From NCBI RefSeq assembly GCF_018977255.1, contig NW_024704750.1, forward strand, positions 12,648,001 through 12,712,000: a stretch of 64,000 bases of DNA. The letters run 5' to 3'. Position 1 is the stretch's first letter; every line of letters begins with the position of its first letter. The position numbers and the translations under genes are program-made. Below the pieces are notes generated by a model. It was not told the origin of the DNA. It worked only from the letters and a program-made list of their open reading frames with translations, and made no database searches. Source of the DNA: Callorhinchus milii (taxonomy: Eukaryota). Of the stretch, positions 38,986 to 50,525 are shown piece after piece.

Positions 38986-40109
38986 AGTTAATTCAGCGTA
39001 GACGATGGTACCTTACTGCATTTAGGTTTATCTTGAAATGACATCATGCTTCAGTGAAAGCCCTGTTGTTATTTCTTCCTAGTTATTTACCATTGTGTAT
39101 GGCCAGCAAACTAAAAAGGACAATAACAGGAGTATACACAGAGACTGTTTTCTGAATGTTGTATTCATACCATTTATTTGCTATTGCCTCCTTGTGGGTA
39201 CTTGCTGAGGCTGATTTTCTAATGATCTAAATAGTAGGTATTAATGATATTTTAGATCATCAGAAAATTTGCAATTTTCCCCACAATTTTTGGCAAATAT
39301 TGCCCCACGTTTCTATTGGCCAGCTCGTATGGTGGCAAAAACTATAATCTAAAATACTAAAATACTTCATCTGCCTTTTTAATGCGCAGAAAAATGCAGA
39401 TATAATATTTTAGATCATAGTTTTTATAAAAAACTAACATTAAAATATTTGTAGACAGAATTGATGCATTGATTTTCAGTCTTGATATTGGTAATGGTGT
39501 TTTGCCCTCTTCTGGTAAAGTGTCTGTCTCATAACACGTTTGCAATATCGCTGTTTTGTTTTCAATGTATTCTATGCCTTCAAAAAAATGGATATACTGA
39601 AAATGAGTGACAGCAAGTGCATCTTTGTAGATAAGTAGGAGCACATGCATTCAGAAACACTAGTGAGTTGGTGATTCTGACCATACTACTTTAGCAAGGT
39701 GAAGGTTGGCAGTGCCTGACAATGGAAGTGAAAGTTGGAGAGAGAATAGGCACCAGGGAAGCTCTGTACGCATGCCAGTTAGTGTGTGCTGGAACATGCA
39801 ATTTCCCCACTTTTTCAGCTCCTTTTTAGAAACAAAGTGTGAAGCAATTCACAGATGATAGGTCTTGTTAAGACTGCTTGAGGATGTTCAGAAGGCAGAC
39901 TGCAGCTGCGCATTTTAATTTAGCCACCTCCAAATTCAATTGTGGACCTTTCCAACATTTATATTCGCAGGACTTCTGCATTTAATTAATTCAAAATAAA
40001 GATGAAACTTGTTTATTTTAAATTATCTAAAATCAAAGTGTTTAAAGTGCAAGTGGGAGTCAAATTATCTTATTCTTTATCTCGCTGCTATTTGGCATTA
40101 TAAGTAAGG

Positions 40110-40640
40110 TATTCATTTGTCTTCATAATGCATTGCTGTGAGACTGGGAATCCTTCTAGTTGCACTCCTGTGCACGCTTTGCTTATGAATCAATGTCTGT
40201 TTGGGGGCCTGGTGAACAAAACCAAACTCAGTATTCAAAGAAAATGCATTATACTGAGATAAGACCATATACTCAGACATAGCTTCCATGCTTCTAGCAG
40301 TGCCACTAATGTTTTGTTTTGCCTTATTAATCACCATCTGACTCTGCGAAAAAATTTTTAAAGACCAATCTATCAACACTCCAAGTCCTATTTCATACTT
40401 CACAATCAAGTTACAATCATTAGTCATGCATTTAGAATAAATGTTATTTACGTGTATATGCATTACTTTGCATTTAAGCACATTAAACATTTGCCATTCA
40501 TTAACTCAACTGTTCAACTGCTCCAGATCCCTATGAATTACCCAAGCCTCTGCTGCACGTTTTTTTTTCCATCTCATTCTATTATGTTCTGCAAATTGAG
40601 CTTCAGCATCCATGTAGTATTCCCAAACACATGACAATTC
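40110..40640 (-). mobile_element. Degenerate CR1-clade LINE ORF2 fragment
   Basis: ORF 40113-40490 reads FNVLKCKVMH...LGVLIDWSL...RSATRRIPSLTAMHYEDK, matching CR1 motifs FN..KCKVMH, DLGV and QRRATRMIP.L....YEERL. Confidence 0.8.
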
Positions 40641-40675
40641 CATCAGGATTGACAGACTTTAGTAACGCTAAATTA

Positions 40676-40756
40676 ACAACAACAAAATTACGTTTGTATA
40701 GCACCTTTCACGTCAGGACGATGTCCCAAGGCACTGGACAGACAGAGTTACGGACC
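40676..40756 (-). mobile_element. Short L2 3' tail
   Basis: acaacaacaaaattacgtttgtatagcacctttcacgtcaggacgatgtcccaaggcactggacagacagagttacggacc is nearly identical to 29987-30067. Confidence 0.88.
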
Positions 40757-42204
40757 ATATTAAGGAGCAAATGCACAAAGTACACTCCCCAAAAATGTAT
40801 CATTCTCAAAATAGCGTTGATTTAATGTATGCTTGTTGTCTAGACATTCATTTCTCGGAATACTTCCGGTATCCATAAATGGTTCAACAACAATAATGTG
40901 CATTTATATAGTGCCGCTCATGCAGGGCAGTGTCTTGGAGCACTTAAAAAAAATGGAGTGCCAAAATCGGAGCATTTCACCTCCAGCTGGGGGCTGAGGA
41001 CTCACTTTGAATAGGAGGAATGGAAACCAATTCAAGACATTGGATTCTGCCCAGTTTCGATTGCATCCAGTTCTATGTTGTACTGGAATGCAGTCCCAGG
41101 ACAGAATGCACACAATATTTAGGACATTGTTAGATTGTTGCATGCTGTGATCCACTCATGTAAGGGTAAAAAAAAAGTTGCTCAAGCCTATTACTGGATG
41201 CAATTAGAAAGAGCTCAATTGATATGGGTTCAGTGGGTAAATCACCTTTTACTATTCATTATGATATTGGCAATCACGCAAAACCTTGAGCAGAATGCAG
41301 AGGAGCAGCTTTTGCTTTTCATTTTGTTATTATAACTTCATGTCCCCTGATAATTTGTGCAAATTGTAAGCGTTGGTACTGGCAGAGGTTTATCACAAGA
41401 ACTTACAGAGCGCTCATCTGAGATGTTATTTATTCAGAGTTACAGTACATCTTTTCTAATCTGAGTTTAAGCTGTCAGGGCACATTTTCTCTTGTGAGCC
41501 TTTTTTTTAATCAATACAAAAGATCAGGATGATTTCAAAATGTAGGTATGCATTGTCAGTAAACCGCCTGCAGACGGGCTGACTCCCCTCTGCACAATAG
41601 AAAGTGGACCAGGTGTGTGAAATTAACCTGGTACAACAGGGACAGAGAACAAGAGGCACTGGCTGTGGAAAGGCTTTGTTACCTGTTACATGTCAGTTAG
41701 CGATATTCTGTACCAGTAATCATTTAATCCTTCGTAGAGACAGATGTTACTCTTTCCTCTCACTCATGCCTTTGGCATGTACTTTATGCACTGAAATCCT
41801 TGTGCTTCTCACTTGTGTTAGCATTTTCATCCAAATTACAGAAGGCACATAGTGCTGGGTTATGCATTTTTGTGGATATCGATGCTGATCTTTTAAATGT
41901 GCTGGCAAAAATGTCTTGTTTTAATATTAAGTCGACTAGTTTTCTCTCTCTTTCTGCAGTTCCTTTGCCAGTGCCCATCTACTTTCAAAGCTGCCAAGCT
42001 ACACCATTATCCTAGGTGTATTCGTACTCCTCTGGAGCTGCTCGGAATGAATCTGCTTTATTCGCCTATAGCTTTTCCACCCCATTTTGTATCAAGCGGA
42101 GTCAGTTAAAAAAAGCCAGATTTCAGTTTTGCCTTCAACATAAAACACGCCCAAATCAAGTGTTAGGTCTTGTCACTCAAGGCTAGTGGTTGGAAGCACT
42201 CCCG

Positions 42205-42438
42205 TAGCAGTGTAGAAACCCGGATGTTAGTCGATTGGCAGATCGCTTTTCCAGGGGTAATAATTCCTTCAAACAAAATAATAATAATAAATTGGTCACT
42301 TCAATCCATGACTGTTTTTGGGTCACTGTTGTGCGCGTTTCGCCCACAAAATATACAGTCAATTCGCTTCACAGTATATTCAAAGACGTCTTCAAGATAA
42401 GACGCTATATCCAATGCACAGATTATTAATATTATTAT
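42205..42438 (+). mobile_element. 5'-truncated tRNA-SINE, long subfamily
   Basis: gttagtcgattggcagatcgcttttccaggggtaataat..., central motif and the tail gacgctatatccaatgcacagattatt. Confidence 0.85.
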
Positions 42439-43304
42439 AACCCATATAGGGAACTGAATGTCAAAATTGTGCCTGGAATTTAGTACAGATCTGAGAGAGC
42501 ACTGCATTGTCAGAGTTGCTGTTATTCAGATGAGAGGTTGGATTTTTCAAATTGCAGCGAATGGCCCATTAAATCTAAAAAAAGCTTAACTCCAGTAAAG
42601 CAGCTTCTGCTAAGATGATAAAATTGGATATGTCTTTGGTCACCTTGAATAAAGATGGCAGCTGAAACATTTTTTAAAAGCTCATACGGAGCAAACAATT
42701 GTTCCAAAGCTGCAGGTTTGACTGAAATTCTGCAATTTAATAACAGATTTAATATGGTGATTACATGAGATGCTATAAATTTACCGGCCTTAAGTGTAAA
42801 TTCATTTTCAGCACTTGTTTATACAGCTAGTTTTGACAAAGAGATTGACAGAAATATGTAGAGCTTTTTAACCTTCTGAATTGGATTCTCCTTTTGTTAC
42901 TGTATAAAATGGTATATAACGACTAGAGTTTAAATGAAATGTACAATAATCTCAATTTGACTCATCTCTGTGATCCACAATACAGAATAGAATTTCATTG
43001 ACAAATGCTGTTAGCTTTAATGTTGGCCACTTTTTATAACAATCTGAAATGGTCCAAATATGTTTGATAACACACTGTTCACCTTTCCCATTTAAAGACC
43101 ACTTTCAAATATACTTTATCCACATCCACTACCCAGTTGATATAGTTAGTGGAAGACTGTCAGACATCACAGAGTACTTTGGCAGTTTCAATTCTAATGG
43201 TAAAAGGATGCATCAAGCTTACAGAAAAAAAATCCAACACTTCAACAAAATGAATGTTGATTTCTTAAAGCTTTTTATGTGATAACAGTTTCAGATTTTT
43301 TTTA

Positions 43305-43676
43305 GTGTTTCAGATGATTTACAGTAAAGGGTACTTGTAGGCAAACATGGCAGCAAGTATTCGCACAACTATGTCCCACAGGCAGCCATGGAGTCGATGA
43401 CCAATTTTTTTTCTGGAGGATTGTTGGCCAGACTAAAGGGAACAGCCCCCTTCTCTTTTCAAAAAGTGCAATGAATGGGATCTTTAACATTTACCTGAAC
43501 AGACAATGGTACCTTAGTTTAAGGCCTTATCTGGCACCTCTGACAATGCAAAGCTCCATCAGCATTGCGTGAGAGTGTCAGATTAGAGTGTGAGCTGAAA
43601 ATTCTGATGTGGGGCTTGAACTCACAACCTCTGAACTCAAGAGTCAAGAATGCTACCAACCGAGCCAGGCTGACGC
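43305..43676 (-). mobile_element. Old DeuSINE copy
   Basis: Reverse complement of the Deu domain (gggatctttaacatttacctgaacagac...ggcacctctgacaatgca...gagtgtcag) and of the head (aacctctgaactcaagag...ccaaccgagccaggctgac). Confidence 0.8.
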
Positions 43677-46600
43677 TCTTCAAAACCTTCAAAATATTAG
43701 TGGATACAATTTTTTTTAAACTGTGTCCAATCACTGTAGTACTTTGGGTTTATGAGAATTGCTGTTATCCCACTATCTCTATTCTTTGAGTAAGTGGCTT
43801 GTTGAGGTATTCTGAAGCAGTTTCAGTGTGTTGGTGTGCACAGATTCAGCTACCATAGACCTAGCGGAACATCAAAATACTGTATTGACTGATGCTCAAT
43901 AACAACTGTCCAACTTAAATACAATTATCAGTCTGAAATGTAGCACCTATCCTCCAAATCAATTCAATCTTGTATTACACAAAGCTGCAAACCAGAAAGA
44001 AATGTTGTCGTCCCCCCTGTCCCCCCATTGTAAATGGATTTGCAAAGTTCATTGTTATCTGTAATGCTCCTATTTTTATCTGTTGGATAAAACATTATCC
44101 AGAAAACCCTATTACTGCAGCTATATTTTGGTTAGAAATCTGGCTACAATATATGGAATAGTGTCACAAAAGTGAAAATGAGAGAGGCAAGAGACAGGTT
44201 ACTCACAGCACAGACACAGTAAGAACAAAGACCCAACATTGCATTTGATAGGAAGGCCAGTACAATGCTGTCCTTTAGACTGTTATCGGTATTAGCAAAT
44301 AGATTTAGCAATTTGTCAAGTTTATTGGTATATATACATTCTTCTTTTGACCTTCATGAAGATTATTTGAAATATTTATGAGATCTTCAATACCATTTGA
44401 AAAAAGAACTTCAAGCCATTAATGAAATTTCTCATTATACCAGGAGAAAGTTTTTAGCTCAGTAAATTTCTTTTTTCACTCATTTGTTTTTCAAAGTTAG
44501 CATTCAGTGACTCATTGATTCTCAGCAGCAGGGAAGAGGGAGATTTATGGTGTATGATTGTGTCATGTCTGTTTTTATCATGTCGATAGATAGAAAATTG
44601 ACCACAACTACAGAAGCCTATTTATAATTCTATTTGATCACTATGGGAACTCATCAAAAAAGAGGGCAGCACTGAAGTTTCATTAACAGATCATCTCTGA
44701 TCTCCTGCTGTGTCCTGTCTTCATTTCTTTTCACATCCTCCTCTCGTCTGGACCAGCCTGCTGTAGAGGAGGTCAGAGTGACAGTAATGGTGCGTTTAAC
44801 ATTCTACACCATACTCCAGATTAATATTAAACTGTTAGGGGAAAATGAGAGTTTATTGATTGTTTTAAGCCTGGCATGTTCTAGTAGCAAGCGTTATTCA
44901 GATTCACTGAGCAGCAATAGATAAGTGATTTCAATAAGCAGACAGAGAAGAATGTGATGGTGGTTTGGAAACAGAGAGAGAACAATGGCAGTAGCATGTT
45001 TAATCTTTCTTACAGTACTAATCATTTCTTAATCAATCTGCAGTATTACAGCAGTAACATTTTATGGATAGTTAATAAAAAAGGCTAAGTTGGCTGAATC
45101 TAGAAATTACCATATAAATCATTCTCATCTTATGTACTTTTAATTGTACACATATCAGTATTTTTCTATTAGTTAAATGGGCGTCAGAACTTTTGATAAG
45201 AACTGATACAAAGCAAAGTGCTGGGCTTTTTTCTTTTGCACAGAATAGAAAGTGAAATCAGAAATTTCAAATGTATATTTTATCTCTGTTTTTTTTCAAG
45301 ATATGTTGTTCGAAGAAATAATGATACTACCTGAAAAAAGGTTCTTTGGACACGTAAATCTGGAGCAAAATTTAAGTTTTTCCTTCCCAAACCCGTGGAA
45401 CAGTAAATATTTGCCACACTTTTTTTCTTACCATTTTACCTGCATCAGTGACATTGAAAAGCCTGAATGTAACCATTAGGCTGCGTGGTCCATGATATTC
45501 AAGTGTTTTAAATTGCATAATTACGTTTGATTGTTTTGTGGGAATTTTTCTGTTTCAAAAGTGCAAACCTGAGGTGAAGGAGCTTAACTTGCAACCTGTG
45601 GATAAATCCAACATATATAAAAAAAATCTTTTGCCATCTGTGGAATTCTAATTTCAGTTGACAGAATCAATTATTCAATCTAATGTATTGCAAATAATGT
45701 ATTAATCTATAGCTATTTAAGAGAACTTGTAAAATACCTTCTCACAAGAGTCCAGAAAAGTCCACACAACCTTAACATTAAGTCTAGAAATTTGTAAAAA
45801 GTCGGTCTTAATTGAGAAGCTGGTTGTCCACAGCCAGAACTCCAGCATCCCCCCAACTCTCTTCTTAGTGGCACTGTATGCTGTTGCTTCAGCACTGTGC
45901 CAGTATTCCCACATTTCATCTGTGGAACTGCACATTGTCTTACACCAATTGTACACTCAAGGCTCACCATCAAATCTTCGATGCATTTTGACTATTGTCA
46001 ACATTTAAAATCCAGGTGTTCAAAACATAGGTGTAAACTGTAAAGATAGTTTTTCAGATATTTTCCAAGGGGACAAGGATAAGTAATACTTAGTTATGGG
46101 AGGAAAACGCATATGAACAAAATTATCACTTTCAAAAGTATCTTACAAACAGCATGCAAAGGTGCAACATCTCTCTGATTTAGTTTTCTTGTTTTTCTGT
46201 CGTTGTATACCTTTACCCTATAGGAGATGAGAAAATCCCAGAGAATTCTGCTTCACATACACTTTTTTCAAATGACGTAACAACTCATGATTCATTTTCT
46301 TTCATGTAATGTAATTCAGTTGTAACCCTTTCCATTGAAATATCCAAAATCAGGGATATGCCTCTGTGAGAAAGAATATGCATAAATCGATTTCCTTTAG
46401 TTTTGTGATAATCAGTTTATGTTTGTGGTGCAGTTTGGGACTGTATCATTGGAATAAATACAAACTAATGATCCTATGCAGAAACAATTGGTTTAAATGT
46501 TCATTTTAATCTGAGCATAATCTGTTTCCTTTGATATTGTACCAGTTTTGAAAAGGAAACTATGATAAATGGGAAGAGGTAAAATTCTATCTCATGGTTT

Positions 46601-46763
46601 TAGGAACTTCGCTTGAACTGGATGATTTATTGAGTGTGGCAACAGTTAAACACACCAAACCAGTTTTAGAAGTAACTGAATAATTCCCAAAATGCACAAA
46701 TTTCTAAAGACAAGTAACTTGTTTAATTTTAGTGAAATGTTTATTGAGGTGAGGGATATCAAC

Positions 46764-47113
46764 GTGGAGTCCTGTAGTTAGTTCACTTGTCTTGCAAGCG
46801 AGAGGACCTAGGTTTGATTCCCAAGCAGGGTGACACCTTTGCCAAGTTTCCTTACTCCACACGTCTCTGTTTACTTAGCAGTAAGTAGGAAGCCGGTTCT
46901 TAGTCGATTGGTGGATCTGTTTTCTGGGGATAATAATCCCTTAAAAAAATTGGTCACTCAAAACACGATTGTTTTGGGACATTGCTGTGCACAATTGGCT
47001 GCTGCATTTCGGCCACAAAATATACAGTCAGTTCAATTTACAGTATATTCTGTGAAGCATTTTGAGACATTTCGAAGACATGATAAGGGGCTATATAAAA
47101 TGCATAATTATTA
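46764..47113 (+). mobile_element. Near full-length tRNA-SINE, long subfamily
   Basis: gtggagtcctgtag head, internal segment cacgtctctgtttacttagcagtaagtaggaagccggtt, central motif and tail. Confidence 0.9.
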
Positions 47114-47294
47114 TGAAGAAAGGGATCTTTTGTGGTCACTGTCAGCATCAAGCACGACATTATTCAGTAAAATTGTAGGCTTAAACGAGGAGGTGAAGTT
47201 CCCCCTGCTTTACCTCATCAATGTGTCTCATCAATGTGCCAATCTCAAAAGAGCACCCTACACATTTCTTATGGCTTACTCTTAAGCGAGAGTT

Positions 47295-47370
47295 AATAAT
47301 AATCCTTTCACTAGATATAACGCCTGATCACATCATTGAGATGTCTCAAAGCGCTTCACAGAATATACTG
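47295..47370 (-). mobile_element. SINE 3' tail, tail-to-tail with the 46764 copy
   Basis: aataataatcctttcactagatataacgcc...gagatgtctcaaagcgcttcacagaatatactg. Confidence 0.78.
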
Positions 47371-47387
47371 TTGTGGTGTAATTGTAT

Positions 47388-47437
47388 TTTATGTGAATAA
47401 CCAAGCTGCTGTTTAGCAGCTTGGTTATTCACATAAA
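47388..47437. repeat. Perfect 23-bp inverted repeat with 4-nt loop
   Basis: tttatgtgaataaccaagctgct - gttt - agcagcttggttattcacataaa. Confidence 0.95.
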
Positions 47438-47454
47438 CGACTTTGTTAGACACA

Positions 47455-47602
47455 TAACTATGAGTTGAGACTGTCAGACTAATTATACTTATGGCTCTTA
47501 GTAGTCAGTGAACAAAGACTTGACCTATCATTCTGGCCTGGATTTCAAACCCAGTCTTTGCTGTGAAAAAATTGTACTATAACTCACTGAGCTACACAAT
47601 CC
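47455..47602 (-). mobile_element. LF-SINE-like 5' fragment (tRNA head)
   Basis: Reverse complement reads gggattgtgtagctcagtg...ttcac...ctgggtttgaaatccaggccag...cagtctca, resembling the recalled LF-SINE 5' region. The A and B boxes are clear; the family assignment is tentative. Confidence 0.45.
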
Positions 47603-48146
47603 CTCTAATTTCTTTATGCCTTGTTCGTACTGATGGGAGAGAAGTAGAACAGGAAGCCTGATTTATGCTTCTCAATCCTAATTGTGTTTGCCACGGGCTA
47701 AGCACATGCAAAGAACTCCAATATTGGGTGTTAGTTTTTCTATGTTTTTATAGAGCCTGCCTTGCAACCAGTTCTTTCATTAAAAAAAATCAAACATGGT
47801 CTCGTTGGACCTCTGAAGAACTTTAAAGGAACAATTTCTGAGCAGAGGCTGGATTGATTTACATGGCAATGCATTTTAGACTGCTTTGGTTCAAATCAAT
47901 GTGCTGTTGTAAACAACCTTCTAAAGGTAGTCTTGGCAGCTGGGCAAGATTCACTTTGGAATTGTGCTGTTCAACCCCAATTTATAGAAGATTTTATTGG
48001 TGATTTACCACAACACAATATCAACACAGTTTTGATTAAGACCTTTGTGTACCTCAGTATGTGTTATTATTTCTAAAAATAAAACAGAAATGAAAGCCTT
48101 CACGTTTTCAGTCTCCCATAAATAGACATCCCTCTTCAGTCTGTGA

Positions 48147-48211
48147 ACAACAGCAATAAATTACATTTGTATAGTGCCTTTCACGTCAGGAGAATGTTCC
48201 AAAGCACTGGA
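48147..48211 (-). mobile_element. Short L2 3' tail
   Basis: aacaacagcaataaattacatttgtatagtgcctttcacgtcaggagaatgttccaaagcactgg. Confidence 0.8.
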
Positions 48212-49617
48212 GATTATACATTATTCCATAAGGTTCTATAAAATTCTCTGTTTGTTTCAGAAAATCTTCATTTTGTAGGTGAAATAGCCAACAGAAGCAT
48301 TTTGTTAGAAACGTAAATAACCATTGTTTTACCCAAAGGGAGCGAATGTTTGTGTCTGATGGTGTTTCAGGGCAAAAATACCCATCATTAGGAGTGTTGA
48401 GCAAATATTTTTGAGTCTAAAGTTGGCCTTCTTGGGATATGTTGAGAAAATCATTCTTCTGAGGGTTAAATACAGAGCGCTCGGAGTTTGCCAGTTCCTT
48501 GCTCCTTTGTGAGTTGGCTTTTGGTCTTTGCTGTCACTGTATCTGAAGGTTGAAGGGAAGAGTGGTGTCAGAAAGCTGATTGGTAGCAGAGAATTTTCAG
48601 AGGCAATCTGAATCACATATTCAACTACTTAGCCACAGTGGATTAAAATGATTTGAGGGGGCTTTGTGAGCTCGATAAACCAGGCAAAAGGCTGCAGGGA
48701 GAAATTGTACACTTTTGCCCTTCTAAGTTAATTGTTCTAGGTTTTTTTTCTCATACTCTCTTGGCTCACTAGAGTTTTTGTAGATGTATTTCATTGTTTT
48801 TGAATAATTTATGTAAAATCTTTTTATAAATGTAAATTGGATGAAGAAAAGCTTTAGGTTAAAGACTACATGTCATGTGATCACTGTTGCATGTGATTGG
48901 TTATGTCAGGTTTGACCCTAACACGCTATTAAGACACTATAGTAAAGAATTGTTTGCTACAGTGAATGAAAACGTATACCTTTGCTAAAGAATAAGCAAT
49001 TCATAGATTAGTCTGCACTTTTATCTTGCAGTGGCACTGGGTTATTGTATATCAAATAGAAAAGAGAGCTCTATTTTAAATTCCATGATAATCATACTCA
49101 ATATGCATGGGTTGCCGGGAGATGGACAACGTCTACCGCCAGTTGTTTTCTTTTATCAAAATGTGTTAAACATCTTAATGGATTTCCTGAAGGATTTTGT
49201 GTGTGAAATTAAAGAATTCATGTACGCTGCACCTCTCTGCAGCTATCAGCAGTTCACTAACAGACTCTAGTCCTGTGCTGTATTTTCAAAGTGTGCTGAG
49301 CTGTCTACCGACAACTGATGGTACTGCACTGGTTCTTCATTGTGTTATTGCTGGAGACTTAAAGCACTGTTTAAAACTCCTTCAACTCCCGACCCACACA
49401 TATCTTTCATGCAAATTGTAAAAACATCAGGTTTGTTAGGCTGGACTCAATCAGCTACACTTATTTCAATTGCATTTGTGTTGCACTATTGCATTTGATG
49501 CTGTCAGACACAAAATGCGCCACTCTGATCTCAAGGTCCTTGTAGCAAAAAGTTAACTGGATTCTAATGTTGGACTCTCATGTTGTCAATCCCTCCCTCC
49601 CTCCGAGAAAAATGGAG

Positions 49618-49935
49618 AATAATAATAATAATCCTTGCATTTGATATAGCACTTTTTACGTCTTCTAGATGTCTCAAAGCGCTTCACACAATATACTGTA
49701 AAGTGATTTGCCTGTATTATTTGTGGGCGAAGCGCGACAGCCAATTCCGCATAGCAGTGTCCCACAAATAGCCGTGGATTGAAGTGACCAAGTTGTTATT
49801 GGTTTTTTTTTCTTGAGGGATTATTTTCAGGCGTGTGGAGTAAGGAAACATGCCCAAGGTTTCGACCTGCTGGGAATTGAACCCAGGTTTCTCACTCACG
49901 AGGAGAGCGCTCCAACCACTGAGCTGCAGGACTAC
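49618..49935 (-). mobile_element. Full-length tRNA-SINE with short body and TAGAA-loop tail
   Basis: Tail, central motif, no internal segment (gggattattttcaggcgtgtggagtaagg) and head ...ccaaccactgagctgcaggact. Confidence 0.9.
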
Positions 49936-49939
49936 AAAG

Positions 49940-50167
49940 GCAAAATACTACAGATGCTGAAAATCTGAAATAAAAACCGAAGTCACTGGGAACCCACAGC
50001 AGGTCAGACAGCATCTCTGGAGAGAGAGGAAAGTGAGTTAATATTTCAGATCGATGACCTGAAACGTTCTGACGAAAGGTAATCGACCTGAAACGTTAAG
50101 TCACTTTTCTCTCTCCATAGATGCGGCCTTACCTGCTGGTGTTTCCAGCCACTTCTGTTTTTATTTT
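49940..50167. mobile_element. Penelope-type inverted-repeat (hairpin) element with a minimal hammerhead-like motif
   Basis: Imperfect ~92-bp arms at 49968-50060 and 50077-50166 (cagcaggtcagacagcatctctggagagaga versus tctctctccatagatgcggccttacctgctg). CTGACGA-A-AGGT-aatcg-ACCT-GAAACGTT lies at 50069-50097. Confidence 0.7.
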
Positions 50168-50525
50168 TAACATTAGAAAACTGTTCTCCATCTGTGACTG
50201 TAATGTAATGAAAGTTTTTTTCATATATTTTTCACATGTTATTCTTATTATGTTTTACTGGCAGGTTTATGCCAATACTAATGCAGTACAAGATTGACAT
50301 AAATGTTTTTGTGTTGTGCAAATTACTGTATTGCAATTTTCATTGCTTCCAAAATGTTTTGCTGCTGCACCAGCACATGGAACTCATACAAATGGCTGTT
50401 GCAATAGCACCCAGGTGAAAAACATAGGTTTGCACAAAAGAAATCTGGCACATGATGTTCAAAAATTGGGCACCGAGTCTTGAATCTTTTATTGTGACCA
50501 TCTGAAATACCAGCAGTTTTACGAT

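Noticed and set aside
46830-47285. 151-aa ORF
   Set aside because: Mostly SINE sequence. Similar peptides recur in other SINE copies.
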